Virus record (IMG/VR): IMGVR_UViG_3300029868_000015
Strand: one strand, 5' to 3'
Origin: a virus
Length of the DNA stretch: 33,978 bases
This document shows, in pieces, positions 31,491 to 33,978 of this stretch. The position numbers and the translations under genes are program-made. Each line of letters starts with the position of its first letter. Within the stretch, counting starts at the first letter, position 1. Under the pieces are notes generated by a model, which saw nothing but the letters and a program-made list of their open reading frames with translations, made no database searches and was not told where the DNA came from.

Positions 31491-31814
31491 ATGAGTGACT
31501 TTGAGACAGATGATTTTGAAATGTATTGGGACCCTGATGGGCTTGGTGTAAGCGTACGTGATTATGAGGGGTCGGCGTTCGCTCTACTCACTAGAGATGA
31601 GTCTAGGTGGCTCCTAGGGTGGCTACAGGCCAACCAACATGAAGACAATCACGAATACAAGCTAGGCGACAAGGGCCTCACCACCAGAGGCATTGCATAC
31701 GAGATCGTAGCTACAGATCCTGTGCGTGTCCACATGGGAGGCAATGACATGCAGCTAGAGGGTATGAAAATAGAGCTGCTGCCACCTACGGGAAATGTAG
31801 CAGACGGGGATTAA
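31491..31814 (+). CDS. Strongly acidic hypothetical protein (107 aa)
   Basis: ATG immediately follows GAGGCGAGAC, the same leader as terL. Rich in D/E. Confidence 0.55.
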   Translation: MSDFETDDFEMYWDPDGLGVSVRDYEGSAFALLTRDESRWLLGWLQANQHEDNHEYKLGDKGLTTRGIAYEIVATDPVRVHMGGNDMQLEGMKIELLPPTGNVADGD

Positions 31815-31827
31815 TGGGAGAGAGGCG

Positions 31828-31992
31828 ATGAGTATAGTTACATGTGTGCGTGATTGGCACAGGCGGGGCATATTTCACGAAGACCTGAATACAAGCAATC
31901 ATGACGGCTGCGACTTGGTTATGACTAATGACGGGCGGATGGTTCGCAATTACGATGTGATTTACAAGAACGCATGGAACATCAAGCGATGA
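31828..31992 (+). CDS. Small hypothetical protein (54 aa)
   Basis: Hand-translated as MSIVTCVRDWHRRGIFHEDLNTSNHDGCDLVMTNDGRMVRNYDVIYKNAWNIKR. The SD is GAGAGG. Confidence 0.4.
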   Translation: MSIVTCVRDWHRRGIFHEDLNTSNHDGCDLVMTNDGRMVRNYDVIYKNAWNIKR

Positions 31993-32174
31993 CCTTTGTA
32001 GACAAGCTAGCAGAAGCAGGCTTCACCAGTAAGCGCCAGTTTGCCATGTACGTTAATTACACACCGCAGGCCGTGAGCGATTGGAAAGAGAAGCCCCCGC
32101 ACTGGGCGCACATCATCTTGGATGACCGCATAAGAGACCAGGTATTGATCAAACTCATACAGCAGGGGTTATAA
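31989..32174 (+). CDS. Small HTH DNA-binding protein (Cro/YdaS-like)
   Basis: ATG 31989 is in an ATGA overlap. FTSKRQFAMYVNYTPQAVSDWKEKPP fits an HTH pattern. Confidence 0.5.
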   Translation: MTFVDKLAEAGFTSKRQFAMYVNYTPQAVSDWKEKPPHWAHIILDDRIRDQVLIKLIQQGL

Positions 32175-32341
32175 TGGACTATTCAACATACGTTCTATTC
32201 ATTGCCATAGTAGCCATTGGCTTCATCAACTACGAGCAAACAGCCCACCGCAGCTTTTGGCGCATAATCGAAACTCAAGTGTTGTTCACGTGCTTTTTAA
32301 TCATAGCGTGGTTATGCTGGCAGGTGGCTTGGTTTGATTGA
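32174..32341 (+). CDS. Small two-TM membrane protein (55 aa)
   Basis: Hand-translated as MDYSTYVLFIAIVAIGFINYEQTAHRSFWRIIETQVLFTCFLIIAWLCWQVAWFD. A TAATG overlap joins it to the upstream gene. Confidence 0.45.
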   Translation: MDYSTYVLFIAIVAIGFINYEQTAHRSFWRIIETQVLFTCFLIIAWLCWQVAWFD

Positions 32342-32342
32342 T

Positions 32343-32831
32343 ATGAAACTATTAGCTTTATTGCTGATGTTAAGTGCCTGCGCTGTATATCCGCAGTCTG
32401 ATGCAGTTAGGGGCGTTGCGAGGGCTGAGTTGATCCCAGGTGCCGTGAGGCCTTCCAACATATACGAGTTAGAGCATACGATTGAGGCTTATGATTGTCT
32501 TGGTGGGTGGTCTCACCAGTTTAAAAATCTAGCCGACTATGCAGTGAAGACCGGAAAAATGGTAAGATGGCACGGTAACGTTTTCAGCGCCTGTACTGTA
32601 ATGGCCGACAGGATACGGGATAAGGGCGGCAATCAGTGCCTTGTGTCTAATCGGGTTAATTTCGGATACCATCAGGCCCGTGATAATGCAGGAAACTATA
32701 GCTCAAACATAAGTTACCGAGATGATACAAAAGCATGGATCAAAAAACAGGGCGGCATGAAAAAAGGCAACAACCTGTTAATCATGAAGGGTGCAGAGCT
32801 GCTAAAGTTCTACAAGATGTGCAATGGTTAA
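32343..32831 (+). CDS. Lipoprotein (162 aa), function unknown
   Basis: MKLLALLLMLSAC has a signal peptide and a lipobox (L-S-A-C). The track start 32334 is an upstream TTG. Confidence 0.6.
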   Translation: MKLLALLLMLSACAVYPQSDAVRGVARAELIPGAVRPSNIYELEHTIEAYDCLGGWSHQFKNLADYAVKTGKMVRWHGNVFSACTVMADRIRDKGGNQCLVSNRVNFGYHQARDNAGNYSSNISYRDDTKAWIKKQGGMKKGNNLLIMKGAELLKFYKMCNG

Positions 32832-33045
32832 AGTTGGAGACAAAATAGAATGCTGCGGTAATCACATGATAACCATGATTAAGCCGGTTAAAAGCTGTGA
32901 ACCGCTAATCGCTCATAAATGGGCTTATGCTAACGGTGATGTCATTAAGTTTGGCGAAGCTATCAAGATGTGCCCGACTTGCGGTAATATGGATTGGTTT
33001 AATTTACTGCGATTAAGGATCGGTGACGAGAATAAAGATGTGTGA
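32824..33045 (+). CDS. Small Cys-rich (zinc-ribbon-like) protein (73 aa)
   Basis: Contains CC at residues 10-11 and CPTC near the C-terminus. Confidence 0.5.
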   Translation: MVKVGDKIECCGNHMITMIKPVKSCEPLIAHKWAYANGDVIKFGEAIKMCPTCGNMDWFNLLRLRIGDENKDV

Positions 33046-33120
33046 ATAGAGCATTACTAAATAAACTCTTTGGGTTGGCGCTAGGTGATATATACTAGTG
33101 TCAACACATGGAGGCGAGAC

Positions 33121-33978
33121 ATGAACATAGAAGAAGCAGCTAAAGAGCTGTTGAGGCGCAGGCGGGCAGAGGCAGGCCTGATAGATTTCACACGGTATAC
33201 ATTCCCAAAGTACCGACCTGCCGACCACCATTTCCAAATAGCGGCAAAACTTGAAGCTGTAGAGCGTGGCGACATTAAACGCCTGATGATATTTATGCCA
33301 CCTCGTCACGGTAAGAGTGAGCTAGCATCAAAGCGCTTCCCTGCATGGTGCCTTGGCCGTGATCCAGATAAGAACTTCATATCAGCATCATACAACTCAG
33401 AGCTTGCTGGTGATTTTGGCCGTGAGGTTAGAAACATCATTCAAGAGGAAGAATATGCAAACCTGTTTCCGAATACCAGCATTGCAAAGGATAGCGGATC
33501 TGCACCACGCTGGCACACTAACGGGCTAGGTGGATATGTTGCGGCGGGTATTGGTACAGCGGTTACAGGCCGGGGCGCTCACATCTTCACCATTGATGAC
33601 CCGATTAAAGACAGAGAACAGGCAGAGAGCGAAACCCAACGGCGCAGAATTTACGACTGGTACAAGTCAACAGCCTACACACGCCTGGAATCAGAACTAA
33701 GCGGTGAAGTAACAGAGGAAGACCTGTTTTGGGACGTGTCTGCATCACTTAGGGAAGGGTTAATCAAGCCATTCGAGGGCGCAATCGTTCTAATTCAAAC
33801 ACGATGGCATGAAGACGATCTAGCAGGCAAGCTGATAACCGACATGGAGAACGGGGCGGATCAGTGGGAAATACTAGACCTTCCAGCAATACAGGACAAT
33901 CAAGCGCTATGGCCTTCAAAGTACCCACTTGATAAGCTCCAGAAGATTAAAGCCGCAATTGGTGCAAGGGAATGGTCG
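33121..33978 (+). CDS. terL: Terminase large subunit, N-terminal (ATPase) part. It is open to the window end and continues at 120..791.
   Basis: Hand-translated as MNIEEAAKELLRRRRAEAGLIDFTRYTFPKYRPADHHFQIAAKLEAVERGDIKRLMIFMPPRHGKSELAS.... Walker A-like PRHGKS, Walker B-like HIFTIDDP, and TRWHEDDL are present. There is no stop before the end of the window. Confidence 0.9.
   Translation, partial: MNIEEAAKELLRRRRAEAGLIDFTRYTFPKYRPADHHFQIAAKLEAVERGDIKRLMIFMPPRHGKSELASKRFPAWCLGRDPDKNFISASYNSELAGDFGREVRNIIQEEEYANLFPNTSIAKDSGSAPRWHTNGLGGYVAAGIGTAVTGRGAHIFTIDDPIKDREQAESETQRRRIYDWYKSTAYTRLESELSGEVTEEDLFWDVSASLREGLIKPFEGAIVLIQTRWHEDDLAGKLITDMENGADQWEILDLPAIQDNQALWPSKYPLDKLQKIKAAIGAREWS
33860..33978. 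repeat. Terminal direct repeat, right copy (identical to 1..119)
   Basis: Read directly. Confidence 0.95.

Overview
The window is one complete dsDNA phage genome. Bases 1-119 are identical to 33860-33978, so the unit length is 33859 bp, and the linearisation point cuts the large terminase ORF (33121..33978 continues in frame into 1..791). Coding density is very high, and many stop/start overlaps are ATGA, TAATG or GTGA.

There are two transcription blocks diverging from a promoter/operator region at 21746-21871.

1. Leftward block (21745 down to 16449): about 18 small early genes. They include a Cro/XRE-like HTH, an M15-type peptidoglycan peptidase, a DUF551-like protein, a DUF1064-like protein and a Ref/HNH-like nuclease. 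One oppositely oriented cassette at 19107..19649 encodes a serine-recombinase-like protein without the catalytic serine.

2. Rightward block (21872 through the window end and on to 16456):
- ERF-type annealase, a DUF1367-like protein and a free-standing HNH endonuclease.
- Small unknown genes and a winged-helix protein.
- A beta-helix tailspike cluster and the small terminase.
- An accessory island, then the large terminase.
- A P22-like order of portal, scaffold, capsid, tail hub and ejection proteins.
- Small membrane (holin-candidate) genes, overlapped i-/o-spanins and a terminal membrane-protein cluster.

No tape measure, tail tube, integrase, DNA polymerase, primase, helicase, tRNA or CRISPR array is visible. 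Spanins and lipobox proteins imply a Gram-negative host.

The most unusual signals are nucleotide-level repeats:
- Two different conserved junction elements mark the boundaries of consecutive early genes.
- Two noncoding regions of about 420-470 nt are stem-rich and share a repeated element.
- An accessory island of about 1.6 kb is bracketed by a duplicated copy of the terminase translation-initiation region.

All family names are recalled from motif resemblance read by eye. No search was run.
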